From an uncultured bacterium (GTDB taxonomy: Bacteria; Oederibacteriota; JAAXVQ01; JAUVAV01): DNA of 64,000 nt. The number at the start of each line of letters is the position of its first letter. The stretch's first letter is position 1. A model generated the notes under the pieces. That model made no database searches. It worked only from the letters and a program-made list of their open reading frames with translations, and was not told the DNA's origin. Both the position numbers and the translations under genes were made by a program. This document shows, piece after piece, positions 9,787 through 20,034 of this stretch. Where the stretch lies: the NCBI GenBank assembly GCA_963710755.1, contig CAVQBK010000013.1, positions 32,001 through 96,000 of the forward strand. The letters run 5' to 3'.

Positions 9787-10986
9787 ATGACGACTCCTCT
9801 ATTTAATCCCATTGTGTTGGGTGGTATTCGGTTAAACAACCGCATTATCCGCTCCGCCACCCATGAAGGGTTGGCGGACGAGCGCGGATGGCCAACCCAG
9901 GCTTTAGTCCAGAAATATATTCATCTGGCCAAGGGCGGGGCCGGTGCCATTATTACCGGCTATGCCGGTATTCAAGCAGATGGCAAATCCACCGGTCTCA
10001 ACATGAATATGATGGACGATGACGAAGCCATTGCCAAGTACCGCGCTGTAACCGACGCTGTCCATGCCTGCCAAACACCCATTATTTTGCAACTGGCCCA
10101 TTGCGGACGCCAGACCAGATCTAAAAAAACCGGTTTTCCCACCGTGGCCCCCTCCGCGATTCGCGACAACTATTCAGGGGAAAAACCCATGACTTTAAGC
10201 GAAGCCGGGATTAACACGATCATTGATAATTTTGTCCAGGCTATTGACCGGGCCAAACAAGCCGGTTTTGACGGCGTGCAATTGCATGCAGCTCATGGCT
10301 ATCTGCTGGCTCAATTCTTATCAGCTTATAGCAACCACCGCAAAGACCGTTGGGGCGGCAGCCTGGAAAACCGTTTCCGTATCTTAAAGGAAATCATTAG
10401 CCTCGCCCGCGACCGGGTGGATGATTTTCCCATCTGGGTCAAGTTAAATGCCTACGACCATCGCCCGGGTGGTATGCGGGTGGACAAAGCTGTACAGATC
10501 GCTCAACTGCTGGAAGCCAGCGGGGTTCAGGCTTTGGAAATCTCGTCAGGCACCTTCGAGGAAAACCTTTCCAGCATCCGTAATGCGGTTCTGCCCACAG
10601 AAGCAGTTTACAAATATGTATTGCATATGGGACAAGTCCCCCGCTGGTTGAAATTTCTCCTTTATCCTTTTGTGTATGCCAAAATCAAGCCCATCCTGCC
10701 TTTAGAAAATTATAATGTTTCGGCAGCCGCCCAAATCAAAGCCGGCGTTTCCATTCCGGTTATTGTGGTGGGGGGGATCAAGCGCCTGGAGGATATCACG
10801 CGGATTATCTCGGACCGTTCGGCGGATGCGGTTTCCCTGTGCCGGCCTTTCATCATAGAGCCTAATATTGTGAAAAAATTCCAAGCCGGTCAGCAAGCCA
10901 CCAAATGTATTTATTGTTCCATTTGTGCTATTGCCTTTGAAGTCAATTCCCTGCGCTGTTACCACGGCAAAACCCCCGCCGCCTAG
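9787..10986 (+). CDS. NADH:flavin oxidoreductase (old yellow enzyme family)
   Basis: NRIIRSATHE, QLAHCG, GFDGVQLHAAHGYLLAQFLS, C-terminal CxxCxxC. Confidence 0.93.
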   Translation: MTTPLFNPIVLGGIRLNNRIIRSATHEGLADERGWPTQALVQKYIHLAKGGAGAIITGYAGIQADGKSTGLNMNMMDDDEAIAKYRAVTDAVHACQTPIILQLAHCGRQTRSKKTGFPTVAPSAIRDNYSGEKPMTLSEAGINTIIDNFVQAIDRAKQAGFDGVQLHAAHGYLLAQFLSAYSNHRKDRWGGSLENRFRILKEIISLARDRVDDFPIWVKLNAYDHRPGGMRVDKAVQIAQLLEASGVQALEISSGTFEENLSSIRNAVLPTEAVYKYVLHMGQVPRWLKFLLYPFVYAKIKPILPLENYNVSAAAQIKAGVSIPVIVVGGIKRLEDITRIISDRSADAVSLCRPFIIEPNIVKKFQAGQQATKCIYCSICAIAFEVNSLRCYHGKTPAA

Positions 10987-11094
10987 AACGCTGAGCAATT
11001 ACTTGTTCCGCCTCCCGAGCAATCGAGCATCGACAATCAAAAATTGACGACCATGCCGGGGACATGATCCATTCGTTCAAATGCCCCTTTTTCG

Positions 11095-11123
11095 TTGACC
11101 TTTTCCCGGGGTGCGCTTATCAT
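11095..11123 (+). promoter_or_regulatory. Sigma70-type promoter of the tat operon
   Basis: TTGACC-N17-TATCAT; RBS aaggag follows. Confidence 0.55.
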
Positions 11124-11152
11124 AATTCATCTCGCCGGAAGGAGTTTGGATC

Positions 11153-11347
11153 ATGTTCGGACTGGGATTTCAGGAAATTCTGCTCATTCTATTACTGGCG
11201 TTGTTGCTTTTCGGCGCCAAGAAGTTGCCTGCCGTAGGCCGGGCCATCGGGCAGTCTATCCGCGAATTTAAAAAAGCTTTTCAAGGTGAAGAAGGACAGC
11301 CGGAGGAACCTTCCCATGACGAAAACGGGGATTCCACCAAGTCATGA
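11153..11347 (+). CDS. tatA: Twin-arginine translocase TatA/E
   Basis: MFGLGFQEILLI..LLFGAKKLP..GR.IG..IREFKKA. Confidence 0.95.
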   Translation: MFGLGFQEILLILLLALLLFGAKKLPAVGRAIGQSIREFKKAFQGEEGQPEEPSHDENGDSTKS

Positions 11348-12089
11348 AATGACCGTGATTGACCATCTTGAGGAACTGCGGTCACGTCTTTTAAAAAGCG
11401 TGGGCTTTTTGTTGATCACCACCCTTACCGGGTTTGTTTTTGCCAAACCTCTGGTCGCGGTACTTAAATTACCAAGCCATCATGTGGTGGATCATTTCAT
11501 CCTCGTCAAACCCACTGAAATCATTGCCGTTTATTTTAAAATCGCCCTGTATGTGGGCTTTCTGCTGGCCTTACCTTATATCCTTTTTCAGCTTTGGCGT
11601 TTTATCAAGCCGGCCCTGGAAAAACGTCCTTCTTTACACCTTGTGGTCTGGGGTCTTGCTGCGGTGCTATTGTTTGCCGGAGGAACGGCTTTTGTATTCT
11701 TTTTTGCCGCCCCGGAAGCCTTAAACTTTCTCATGCGGCTTTCCAAAGACAGCGCCCTGCCCATGCTGACGCTCAATTTTTATACCTCTTTCATACTTTC
11801 CTTGCTCGTTCTGGGTGGCTTTATTTTTGAAATCCCGGTAGTTACCGGATTGCTGACCAGCATCGGTCTGCTCAATCCCCGCATCTTGAGGCAAAACCGC
11901 AAAATCGTTGTTTTCGTACTTTTTATTATTGCCGCTGTTATGACCCCCACCACGGATGTATTCAATATGCTTCTTTTTGCCCTTCCCATGATCGTACTCT
12001 TCGAAATCGCCATTTTATTGTCGTCCTTGATTTTTAAGGCCAAACTAAAAAAAGACCCGGTAGGTGAAGCTTATGAAACCGAGCATTAA
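11316..12089 (+). CDS. tatC: Twin-arginine translocase TatC
   Basis: DHLEELRSRL, QLWRFIKPAL, FEIPV, AVMTP.TD; start may be 11349. Confidence 0.93.
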   Translation: MTKTGIPPSHEMTVIDHLEELRSRLLKSVGFLLITTLTGFVFAKPLVAVLKLPSHHVVDHFILVKPTEIIAVYFKIALYVGFLLALPYILFQLWRFIKPALEKRPSLHLVVWGLAAVLLFAGGTAFVFFFAAPEALNFLMRLSKDSALPMLTLNFYTSFILSLLVLGGFIFEIPVVTGLLTSIGLLNPRILRQNRKIVVFVLFIIAAVMTPTTDVFNMLLFALPMIVLFEIAILLSSLIFKAKLKKDPVGEAYETEH

Positions 12090-13074
12090 CTCTCTTTTTA
12101 ATTTCAAAAAGTTCAAGGACTTTATTCAAACACCTTTTTCCAGAGGACATTTCCTGAAATTGCTGGGCCTATTTTCTTTAACCGCCCTGTTCACTACCAA
12201 AACCACCGGCAGCCTTATGGCCCGCAATAGTAAAGCCATCAGCCCGCGTCGCGGTAAAAAAATCATTACCCCCGTGCCTCTGGCTGTGGTACAGGGTAAA
12301 GATCCTGTAATCAACACCCGTAAGGCCGTGGACCTTCTGGGCGGCATGGATAAGTTCGTACGCTCCGGGGACACCGTGGTGATCAAACCCAATATCGGCT
12401 GGAACCGCGCGCCCGAATATGCGGCCAATACCAATCCTTTGGTGGTGGCCACGCTGGTGGCCATGGCCAAAGAAGCCGGCGCCAAAAGAGTGAGGGTCTT
12501 TGACAATACCTGTAATGATCCCAGAATGTGTTACGACCACAGCGGTATCAAAGAAGCGGTCAAAAAAAGCGGCGGTATGATTTACCATGTGAGTGAGCTC
12601 AAATGGCGGCCTGGCCGTTTTCCTGCCGGTGCGGCCATGACGGATTGGCTCATGTACCAGGATGCCGTGGAGTGCGATACCTTCATCAATGTGCCTGTGG
12701 CCAAGCATCACGGGCTTTCCAAGCTGACTCTGTCGATTAAAAATTTGATGGGCGTCTGCGGCGGCCGCCGCGGCGCCATGCATTGGAACTTGGATGAGAA
12801 GCTGGCTGAGGTGTTGGCCTTTATCCGGCCCGAGCTCACCGTAGTGGATGGCACTCGTATTTTATTGCGCCACGGTCCCACCGGCGGCAACCTGGAAGAT
12901 GTAGCCCAGCGTGATACTATCATTGCCAGCCATGATCCCGTGCTGGCCGATGCTTATGCTACCACCTTGTTCGGCATGAAACCGGAGGATATTGGTTATA
13001 TTCAAGCCTCCGCCAAGGCCGGGTTGGGAAGCATGGATATTCATCAACCGGGCATCAGGAAAATCCAGGCATGA
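12073..13074 (+). CDS. DUF362 domain Fe-S protein with Tat-like signal
   Basis: VVIKPNIGW, ANTNP, INVPVAKHH, KNLMG, DPVLAD; N-terminal SRGHFLK + h-region. Confidence 0.88.
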   Translation: MKPSINSLFNFKKFKDFIQTPFSRGHFLKLLGLFSLTALFTTKTTGSLMARNSKAISPRRGKKIITPVPLAVVQGKDPVINTRKAVDLLGGMDKFVRSGDTVVIKPNIGWNRAPEYAANTNPLVVATLVAMAKEAGAKRVRVFDNTCNDPRMCYDHSGIKEAVKKSGGMIYHVSELKWRPGRFPAGAAMTDWLMYQDAVECDTFINVPVAKHHGLSKLTLSIKNLMGVCGGRRGAMHWNLDEKLAEVLAFIRPELTVVDGTRILLRHGPTGGNLEDVAQRDTIIASHDPVLADAYATTLFGMKPEDIGYIQASAKAGLGSMDIHQPGIRKIQA

Positions 13075-14594
13075 ATTGGAGCCTTACCCGAAAAATCGTG
13101 CAGGGCCTTTTTTTCGCTTTATTTGTATACATCATCTGGATGACCCGTTATCCTCTGTCGGCCGCCTTGAATCCCGCCTTTTTATTTCATCTTGATCCTT
13201 TGGTAATGCTGATGACTTCCGTGGCCGAACGTCTGCTCATCCCCGGGCTGGTGCTCACCGTACTGACGCTGGCCTTAACCTTGGTCTTTGGCCGCGTTTT
13301 TTGCGGCTGGTTTTGCCCCTTGGGTACCACCATGGACATCATGGCCTGGCTGCGAAAAAAATGGCACCGCTATAAAGAAGGTGAACCATCACCCTGGCTG
13401 AATGCCAAAACCGGAATTTTGGTCCTACTTTTTTTAGCGGCGCTGGGCGGCTTGCAGGCCATATGGTTCTTTGATCCCCTCACCATTTTTGTGCGCACTT
13501 TTTCATTTAACATTCATCCCTGGGTGAATGGGGGGGTGGACCGTCTGCTGGCGCAACTGCTGGCGTGGTTTCCTGACTGGACCGGTCTGGAGAGTGCTTA
13601 CTATTGGTTAAAGGATGCCGTGCTCGATGTAGCAGTACCTCATTTTCCCACTACCGAGGCTATCCTGCTGATTTTTTTGGCCATCCTAGGGGCCGTGCTA
13701 TTTCAACGCCGTTTCTGGTGTCGTTACCTTTGCCCCCTGGGCGCTTTGCTTGGGACCTGCTCCAGAGCGGCCTGGTTAAAACGCCAGGTGGATGATTGCA
13801 CCAGTAATTGCGGTATGTGCCGCCATAGTTGCCCCACCAATGCCATCAAAGGGAATACTTCTTACTTGCCCCAGGAGTGCATTATGTGCATGGACTGCAC
13901 CCGGGCTTGTCCTACTTCAAAAAACACGTTTCGTTTCCAGCCTCTGCGTTTGAAATCAAAGAAACAAGTCTTGTCATCCCCTCTTGAGAAACCGGCCGCC
14001 AAAGGCATGTCGCGGGCTGACTTTTTGCTTTTGATGGGATCCTCGCTGGTCCTAAGTGCCTGCGCTCCAGGCAAGCCGTCTGCCCAGGCCCATGGCCTGC
14101 GCCCGCCCGGGGCTTTGCCGGAAAACCATTTTGTAGACCGTTGTGTACGCTGTGGTAATTGCATGAAGATATGCCCCACCAACGTATTGCAGCCGAGCAT
14201 GCTGGAATCAGGCCTGGAAGGTATCTGGTCACCCAAAATGAATTTTCCGGCCAGTTATTGCGAATTGGAGTGTACCCTGTGCGGTCAGGTTTGCCCCACT
14301 GAAGCCATCCGGCCTTTGACCGTGCAGCGTAAACGGCTCACGAAAATTGGATTGGCCAAGGTTGACCATCAGCTGTGCGTGCCCTGGAAGGAAGATACCC
14401 CCTGCCTGGTGTGTGAAGAACATTGCCCGGTGGCCCAAAAGGCTATTAAGATCACCTACAAGACCGGTGCCAACGGCAAGCTCATCGGACGTCCTGTAGT
14501 TGATCCCACCTTATGCATTGGTTGCGGCATATGCGAGAATAAATGTCCGGTCAGGCCCAAGCGGGCGATTGTGGTCAAGCCGTTGCAAGTCTGA
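13071..14594 (+). CDS. NapH/MauN-like membrane polyferredoxin fused to NapG/MauM-like domain
   Basis: GRVFCGWFCPLG, RFWCRYLCPLG, LRPPGA, many CxxCxxCxxxCP motifs. Confidence 0.9.
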   Translation: MNWSLTRKIVQGLFFALFVYIIWMTRYPLSAALNPAFLFHLDPLVMLMTSVAERLLIPGLVLTVLTLALTLVFGRVFCGWFCPLGTTMDIMAWLRKKWHRYKEGEPSPWLNAKTGILVLLFLAALGGLQAIWFFDPLTIFVRTFSFNIHPWVNGGVDRLLAQLLAWFPDWTGLESAYYWLKDAVLDVAVPHFPTTEAILLIFLAILGAVLFQRRFWCRYLCPLGALLGTCSRAAWLKRQVDDCTSNCGMCRHSCPTNAIKGNTSYLPQECIMCMDCTRACPTSKNTFRFQPLRLKSKKQVLSSPLEKPAAKGMSRADFLLLMGSSLVLSACAPGKPSAQAHGLRPPGALPENHFVDRCVRCGNCMKICPTNVLQPSMLESGLEGIWSPKMNFPASYCELECTLCGQVCPTEAIRPLTVQRKRLTKIGLAKVDHQLCVPWKEDTPCLVCEEHCPVAQKAIKITYKTGANGKLIGRPVVDPTLCIGCGICENKCPVRPKRAIVVKPLQV

Positions 14595-14600
14595 GCCTGC

Positions 14601-15590
14601 TTAAATGGACATACCAATGGCTATGCCGTAACGATAAGGGCCTTCCACAAACTCCCCGGTTGGATCTTCGTAGGTCCATCCCTGTTGAAAAAGATTTTCA
14701 AGCCTGGGATTAGCCACGGCCGTGGCAAAATCCCCAAAGAACCGTATGACAAAATCATCCATCACCAAATCAATCCCTACCTGAAGGGACGTGGAAAAGG
14801 CAGTGCCCGAGGTATCGCTGTATTTTTTCTCTTCCTCCCGGTTGCCAATGGTGACCTGCCAGGCATAGAGCCCTGCCGATACACCCACCCAAGGCTGAAA
14901 CAGGCCCGTCATAGGATAATATTTGGTCCCCAGGCGCAGGATAGTGGTATCCATATAATAGCGCACATCCATGGGAAAAGGCCCGATCCTGGCATCATTG
15001 TAACCACTCTGTTCCCAAACCCAGAACCCAATGCCATAGCCGTCTTTTTTAGCCAATAATTTATCCCAACTGCTGAAGCCGGCGTCCAGGTTAAAGGAGA
15101 GAAAATCCGCCATGCGCCATTCCATGCTCATGCCCGCTCCCCAGGAGGAATCATAAGGCTCCATGCCATTGTTAAAATAGGGATTACCTGGAATATAAGA
15201 TGAACTATCCCAAGGTTCACAGGGCATATGTCCTGTCAGACCTGATTGCATGGTCCCGTAAATATATAGAAAAGACTGTTTGAGGGTGGTCGCGGTTTGC
15301 GCAGAACCTGGTCCTGTCGACGCCGGCGGGGTGGCGACCGGGATTAAAGGTTGGGGTCCGGCGGCGCTGATTTTTTCACCAGTAGCGGCATCAAAGATAT
15401 CATTGACCTCGCTCCATTTGAGCTGCCGCGCCTTGTGGTCATCACCCTGTAAGTAGACCACCTGGTCATTGGCGCCAATCATGTCACCTTTGAGCAAGGT
15501 ACCATCATGGAGGATGATATTGACATTTCTCGCCAAACTCAACGAAGTCCCGGCCGCCAGCATGCAAAGGATCAAGAGCATTTTTTTCAT
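14601..15590 (-). CDS. Exported protein, probable outer-membrane beta-barrel C-terminal domain
   Basis: Signal peptide, P/T/A linker, alternating aromatic strands (QPWVGVSAGLY). Confidence 0.6.
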   Translation of the reverse strand: MKKMLLILCMLAAGTSLSLARNVNIILHDGTLLKGDMIGANDQVVYLQGDDHKARQLKWSEVNDIFDAATGEKISAAGPQPLIPVATPPASTGPGSAQTATTLKQSFLYIYGTMQSGLTGHMPCEPWDSSSYIPGNPYFNNGMEPYDSSWGAGMSMEWRMADFLSFNLDAGFSSWDKLLAKKDGYGIGFWVWEQSGYNDARIGPFPMDVRYYMDTTILRLGTKYYPMTGLFQPWVGVSAGLYAWQVTIGNREEEKKYSDTSGTAFSTSLQVGIDLVMDDFVIRFFGDFATAVANPRLENLFQQGWTYEDPTGEFVEGPYRYGIAIGMSI

Positions 15591-15849
15591 GACACACTCC
15601 TTGAAGGTGCCTTCTCACAGGAAGGATTAGGATGACTTATGACCTTTTAAGTATCGGCAGATGTCATGATATTTACTAGCGTATATGAATTATTAACCTG
15701 GGCTCCAAGCTTCACTCCGGGAGGACATCCCCTGCCCCCGGGAAGGGACGATTAGCGTTGTTCCCTCCGTGCAAGTATCCTATAATACCCCGGTAACGAC
15801 ATGCCCGTCGCAGGTCATTACTATCACAGCAGAAAAAGGAGGGTTCCCC

Positions 15850-16386
15850 ATGATGCCTGTCGGTCCTTTGATGATTGAGCACCGGTTAATTGAGCGCATG
15901 ATTAAGCTTATCAAAAAAGAGGTGGGCGCCGCCCGCCTACAACGAACCATTAGCCCTAATTTCATTATGACGGCCGTTGATTTTATCCGGACTTATGCGG
16001 ATAAATTACATCACGGCAAAGAAGAAGATATTCTCTTTCGCAGTCTGGCCGAGAAACCTCTCTCGCCCGAGCATAAACGCATCATGGATGAATTGGTGGC
16101 CGAACATGAACAGGGCCGGTCCACGGTGGGTCGGATTATAGAAACCCATAACCTTTACCAGCAGGGTCATAAGCAAGCGTTACAAGAGCTTTTGGAAAAT
16201 CTGGACTATTTGGCAGATTTTTACCCCAAGCATATCGAGAAAGAAGACAAGCATTTTTTCCTGCCGATTATGAATTATTTCAATGCCGATGAGCAGGCCG
16301 CTATGCTTAATGAGTTTTATTTATTCGACCGTCAATTCATTCATGCGAAGTATAAAGAGGTGGTGGCCAAATTACAGGCGGATTAG
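15850..16386 (+). CDS. Hemerythrin/HHE cation-binding protein
   Basis: LMIEHRLI, HHGKEEDILF, EHEQGR, HIEKED. Confidence 0.92.
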   Translation: MMPVGPLMIEHRLIERMIKLIKKEVGAARLQRTISPNFIMTAVDFIRTYADKLHHGKEEDILFRSLAEKPLSPEHKRIMDELVAEHEQGRSTVGRIIETHNLYQQGHKQALQELLENLDYLADFYPKHIEKEDKHFFLPIMNYFNADEQAAMLNEFYLFDRQFIHAKYKEVVAKLQAD

Positions 16387-16519
16387 GATAAAAATTTTTT
16401 CATTTTCCTAATTTACCGTCAAATTGTAATTGACTTTAAAATCACCCATTGAGATAATCTGCCGATTTCCTTCACAGGCTATCATCGCTTTCATTCTGAG
16501 GCTTTCTGGTCAACGTAAA

Positions 16520-16855
16520 ATGAAGAAGCTGGCAATTATTCTCCTGGCATTTTTCTCCCTGGCTCACTATTGGCCGGGGGCATCCTACCATAGGTTGGGC
16601 AATAGCGACAGCAGCCGAAGTCTGTCCGGCCAATTGGCAACTTTGGATTTTATCGAGCTTTCTCAAGAAGGCCTCAAAAACATCCATACCTCAGCGAATA
16701 TTAGAAAATCTCACCACTACCATTTTAATCTTGGAAGTACACCTTCGTTTTCCTTTCCCTGCCTTGGCCAGCCCCTGGTCACACGCGTGCCCGATCATTA
16801 TTATCCCAGTTACTTAACCCTTACACTGCACTCATTGCCGCCGCCATGCGCCTAA
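16520..16855 (+). CDS. Small exported/leader-like protein ending LPPP (DUF2946-like)
   Basis: N-terminal hydrophobic stretch, His-rich middle, C-terminal HSLPPPCA. Confidence 0.45.
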   Translation: MKKLAIILLAFFSLAHYWPGASYHRLGNSDSSRSLSGQLATLDFIELSQEGLKNIHTSANIRKSHHYHFNLGSTPSFSFPCLGQPLVTRVPDHYYPSYLTLTLHSLPPPCA

Positions 16856-17034
16856 CCGTCATTAACGCTTAATTATTTTCTTTGGAAGCATTTCGCAGCC
16901 AATCTCCTGGCTTCTAAAGCAGCCTCTGTCAGATCGTGGCACCACGTCTGCTTACGCTGACGTTATCGCCTTACCCGGCTGCGTCATATAACTTGATCAA
17001 CGCTTGCGTTTAACTTTGGTATGAAAGGAGGTGA

Positions 17035-17244
17035 ATGACAATGAAAAAATTCTCTTTGCTGTTTGTCATGCTCTTGACGTTGGGCATGGTATTAACTTCA
17101 GGTTGCCATAAAAATACGGCAGCACAACCACAGGCCGGCCAGGCTGTCACCCAGCCCGAACAGGCAGCTACCCCGGAAACCGGCATGCAGGCTACGCCTG
17201 AAGCTGGCGCAGAAGCGCAGCCGACAACCGAAACTGCTCAATAA
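17035..17244 (+). CDS. Small lipoprotein
   Basis: RBS aaggaggt; lipobox LTSG-C; Q/A/T/P/E-rich tail. Confidence 0.8.
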   Translation: MTMKKFSLLFVMLLTLGMVLTSGCHKNTAAQPQAGQAVTQPEQAATPETGMQATPEAGAEAQPTTETAQ

Positions 17245-17274
17245 TTGTATTTTCGAAAGCAATTCATCACTGGA

Positions 17275-17302
17275 AGAGACCGGCCATGGTTGGCCGGTCT
17301 CT
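17275..17302 (+). terminator. 12-bp hairpin (terminator or mRNA stabiliser)
   Basis: agagaccggcca-tggt-tggccggtctct; weak U-tract. Confidence 0.5.
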
Positions 17303-17325
17303 AATCTTTGCACAAGAGGATAGCC

Positions 17326-17568
17326 ATGACCACTACAACGGAAATACCCGAAGGTTATACTACACCTGCCACCCTGGGATTTGGCTGGCTGCTTTTTTGT
17401 TTTACCTTAATTCCCATTCTTCTGGGTTTTACAGACGGAAAACCGGTTTTGTTAATCGTAGGATCTATCGGACTGGCAGTAAGCCTGGTGCTCATTTTTT
17501 TAGGATCTGCCCAGAGGAAAAAAGTGATTGCCAACCTTCAGAAAGAAAAGCAAACCCCATCAGTTTAA
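17326..17568 (+). CDS. Small two-TM membrane protein
   Basis: RBS gagga; two hydrophobic helices. Confidence 0.65.
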   Translation: MTTTTEIPEGYTTPATLGFGWLLFCFTLIPILLGFTDGKPVLLIVGSIGLAVSLVLIFLGSAQRKKVIANLQKEKQTPSV

Positions 17569-17657
17569 CCGCCCCGGCGGGCTGCTCCGAAACCTGTGAA
17601 GCGTGCCTCATGTCATAACCCGTTTATGGTTCTCTGCGGGCACGCGACCAGGGGTTA

Positions 17658-18800
17658 TTATTTATCGGCACCAATATCAATCACCGTAATTTCGGGTGGC
17701 GCCAGCAGACGCATGGGTGGGCCCCAGGTTCCGGTGCCCCGGCTTACATACAGCCATTGTTGCGGCCGCAGCTTAAATAACCCGCTGTGATAGGGAAAAG
17801 CTAATTTGGTAAAAAGATGAAAAGGAAACAACTGACCCTTGTGGGTATGGCCGGAAAGCTGCAGATCAAACAAGCCCAGGCTTTCCGGATCCACCACAGG
17901 CCGATGTTTTAATAATATTCTCAAACCATGATGCCCGTCTTCACTAAGCAGGGTCTTTTCCGGCGGCATGGCAAAATGTTTGAAATATTTCCCGCTGGGA
18001 TCATCCACCCCGGCCAGCACCAGACCATTGCTGAGCGTCCTTGTCTCTCCCTGCAACAGATCAAACCCGGCAGCTTTTAAAAAATCCACGCTCGACTGAT
18101 ACCCGGCAATATATTCATGATTACCCATGATGGCATATTTGCCCAAGGGCGCTTGGAGCTGCTTGAACATATTAGCCAATGCGCCCCCGGCCTCCAACGG
18201 GGCATCTACTAAATCCCCAGTGCACACAATTAAATCCGGTTTCTGGGCATTGATTTGCTTAATGATTTTATGCAGATAATCTTCCCGGATAAGGGTTCCT
18301 AAATGAAGATCGGAAATTTGCACCAGCCGTAGAGTTTGGGAAAGGGATTGTTGTTGGGCCGTATTAATCTTGAGATGCTCAACTTTGACTTGTGAGGCTT
18401 CGTAAAAGGCCATCAGCGTGCCCGCAGCCACCAAGAGCAAGGTGAGATTCATTTTTAAGGTGGACGTCATTATCCAGGAAGACCCATGCGCGCCGGTCCA
18501 TGGTTGAATCAGGTACAACCCGCCCTGGAGCATGCTAAACGTCACAAACCCTGCCAGCATAAGAAAAATAATGCCCATCCAGGTAAAGGCCAACCAGGAT
18601 ACAGGCCGGGTCAGCCAAAAAACCAGGTGCTTTCTTTCCAGAATGGCCAGCAGCATAGGCAGGGCCACCATCAGTACCATAAAAGCTATCAAGGCCATCC
18701 TAGCGGTATAAGAAAAGGGATAAGCCTGCATAAGACTGGTGGTCATCCAATAATGCAAACCACCATAAACCAGCAGGTAGATCCCAATAAAGATCAACAT
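17658..18800 (-). CDS. Membrane-anchored metallophosphoesterase (YkuE-like)
   Basis: SDLH, TGDLVD, GNHE, GHTH, SRGTGTWGPPMR. Confidence 0.93.
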   Translation of the reverse strand: MLIFIGIYLLVYGGLHYWMTTSLMQAYPFSYTARMALIAFMVLMVALPMLLAILERKHLVFWLTRPVSWLAFTWMGIIFLMLAGFVTFSMLQGGLYLIQPWTGAHGSSWIMTSTLKMNLTLLLVAAGTLMAFYEASQVKVEHLKINTAQQQSLSQTLRLVQISDLHLGTLIREDYLHKIIKQINAQKPDLIVCTGDLVDAPLEAGGALANMFKQLQAPLGKYAIMGNHEYIAGYQSSVDFLKAAGFDLLQGETRTLSNGLVLAGVDDPSGKYFKHFAMPPEKTLLSEDGHHGLRILLKHRPVVDPESLGLFDLQLSGHTHKGQLFPFHLFTKLAFPYHSGLFKLRPQQWLYVSRGTGTWGPPMRLLAPPEITVIDIGADK

Positions 18801-18822
18801 GGCCAGGTCCTTTCAGATACGG

Positions 18823-20034
18823 TTAACGCCATCTCCTGGCTACCGTAACGGTGTGACGGTTTCTTAAAGTCATGGGAACAACCGGCTTGTCTATTTTAAC
18901 AGGCAGCGCCGAGTTGTCCGTCAACCCTTCCATTTCTTCCCTGGGGATCGGCTTGCCCAGCAAACGCTCGATATTTTTGACCACATCGGCATCTTCCCAG
19001 GTGGCCAAGGTAAAAGCATCGCCGGTTCGCGCTGCCCGGCCGGTACGACCGATGCGATGGATATAGGTGGTCGCCGTATCGGGCATGTCGTAATTGATAA
19101 CGTGGGAAATACTGGCTATGTCCAATCCACGGGCGGCAATATCAGTAGCCACCAAAATGGAGAGTTTCCCTGATTTTAATTGGGCCAGGGCTTGCTGGCG
19201 CTGACCTTGCGTTTTGTTGCCATGCAGGGCCGCGGCCTTGTGCCCAGCCCGTTTAATTACATCCACCACCCGGTCGGCACGGTGTTTGGTGCGGGTAAAA
19301 ACCAGGATGGTTTGAGCCATGGTTTGCTTGATCAATTCCAGAAGCAGACTGCTCTTCATATTTTGCGCCACTGGATAAAGGGTATGAGAAACCGTATCGG
19401 CCGGGGCTTCAATATCCATGTCGAAACGTTGGGGGTGGCGCAGACTGTTTTTAATCAACCTCTCCATGGCCGGATCAAATGTCGCCGAGAACAGCATGGT
19501 TTGTCTTTCTTTGGGCAATAGCCGAATGATCTTTTGAATGGATGGTAAAAAACCCATATCCAGCATACGGTCTGCCTCATCCAATACTAGAATTTCCACC
19601 TTATCCAGCCGGGCGTGGCCTTGACCGACATGGTCCAGCAGCCGTCCGGGACAGGCCACGATGATTTCAACTCCGTGACGCAACGCATTGATCTGAGGTT
19701 GCATGCCCACACCGCCATAAACCGTGGCGGATTTGAGGAACGTGTATTTGCCCAGGACTTTTACAACATCCTGGATTTGCTCAGCCAACTCCCGGGTAGG
19801 GGTGACGATTAAGGCACGTGTCTTTCCCTTGACCGGTTGTTGCATCAGGCGGTGCAGGATAGGCAGTACAAAAGCAGCCGTTTTGCCGGTGCCGGTCTGG
19901 GCTGTTCCAATCAGGTCCTGGCCGCTCCTGGCCGTGGGGATCACGGCTTCCTGGATGGGCGTCGCCTCCTGGTAACCCGCATCTTTAATGCCACGGATAA
20001 TTTTTTCTTCCAGATTTAATTCTTCAAATTTCAT
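18823..20034 (-). CDS. DEAD-box RNA helicase (RhlE-like)
   Basis: AQTGTGKT, PTRELA, DEAD, SAT, ARGLD, HRIGRTGR; RBS aagga before ATG 20034. Confidence 0.96.
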   Translation of the reverse strand: MKFEELNLEEKIIRGIKDAGYQEATPIQEAVIPTARSGQDLIGTAQTGTGKTAAFVLPILHRLMQQPVKGKTRALIVTPTRELAEQIQDVVKVLGKYTFLKSATVYGGVGMQPQINALRHGVEIIVACPGRLLDHVGQGHARLDKVEILVLDEADRMLDMGFLPSIQKIIRLLPKERQTMLFSATFDPAMERLIKNSLRHPQRFDMDIEAPADTVSHTLYPVAQNMKSSLLLELIKQTMAQTILVFTRTKHRADRVVDVIKRAGHKAAALHGNKTQGQRQQALAQLKSGKLSILVATDIAARGLDIASISHVINYDMPDTATTYIHRIGRTGRAARTGDAFTLATWEDADVVKNIERLLGKPIPREEMEGLTDNSALPVKIDKPVVPMTLRNRHTVTVARRWR

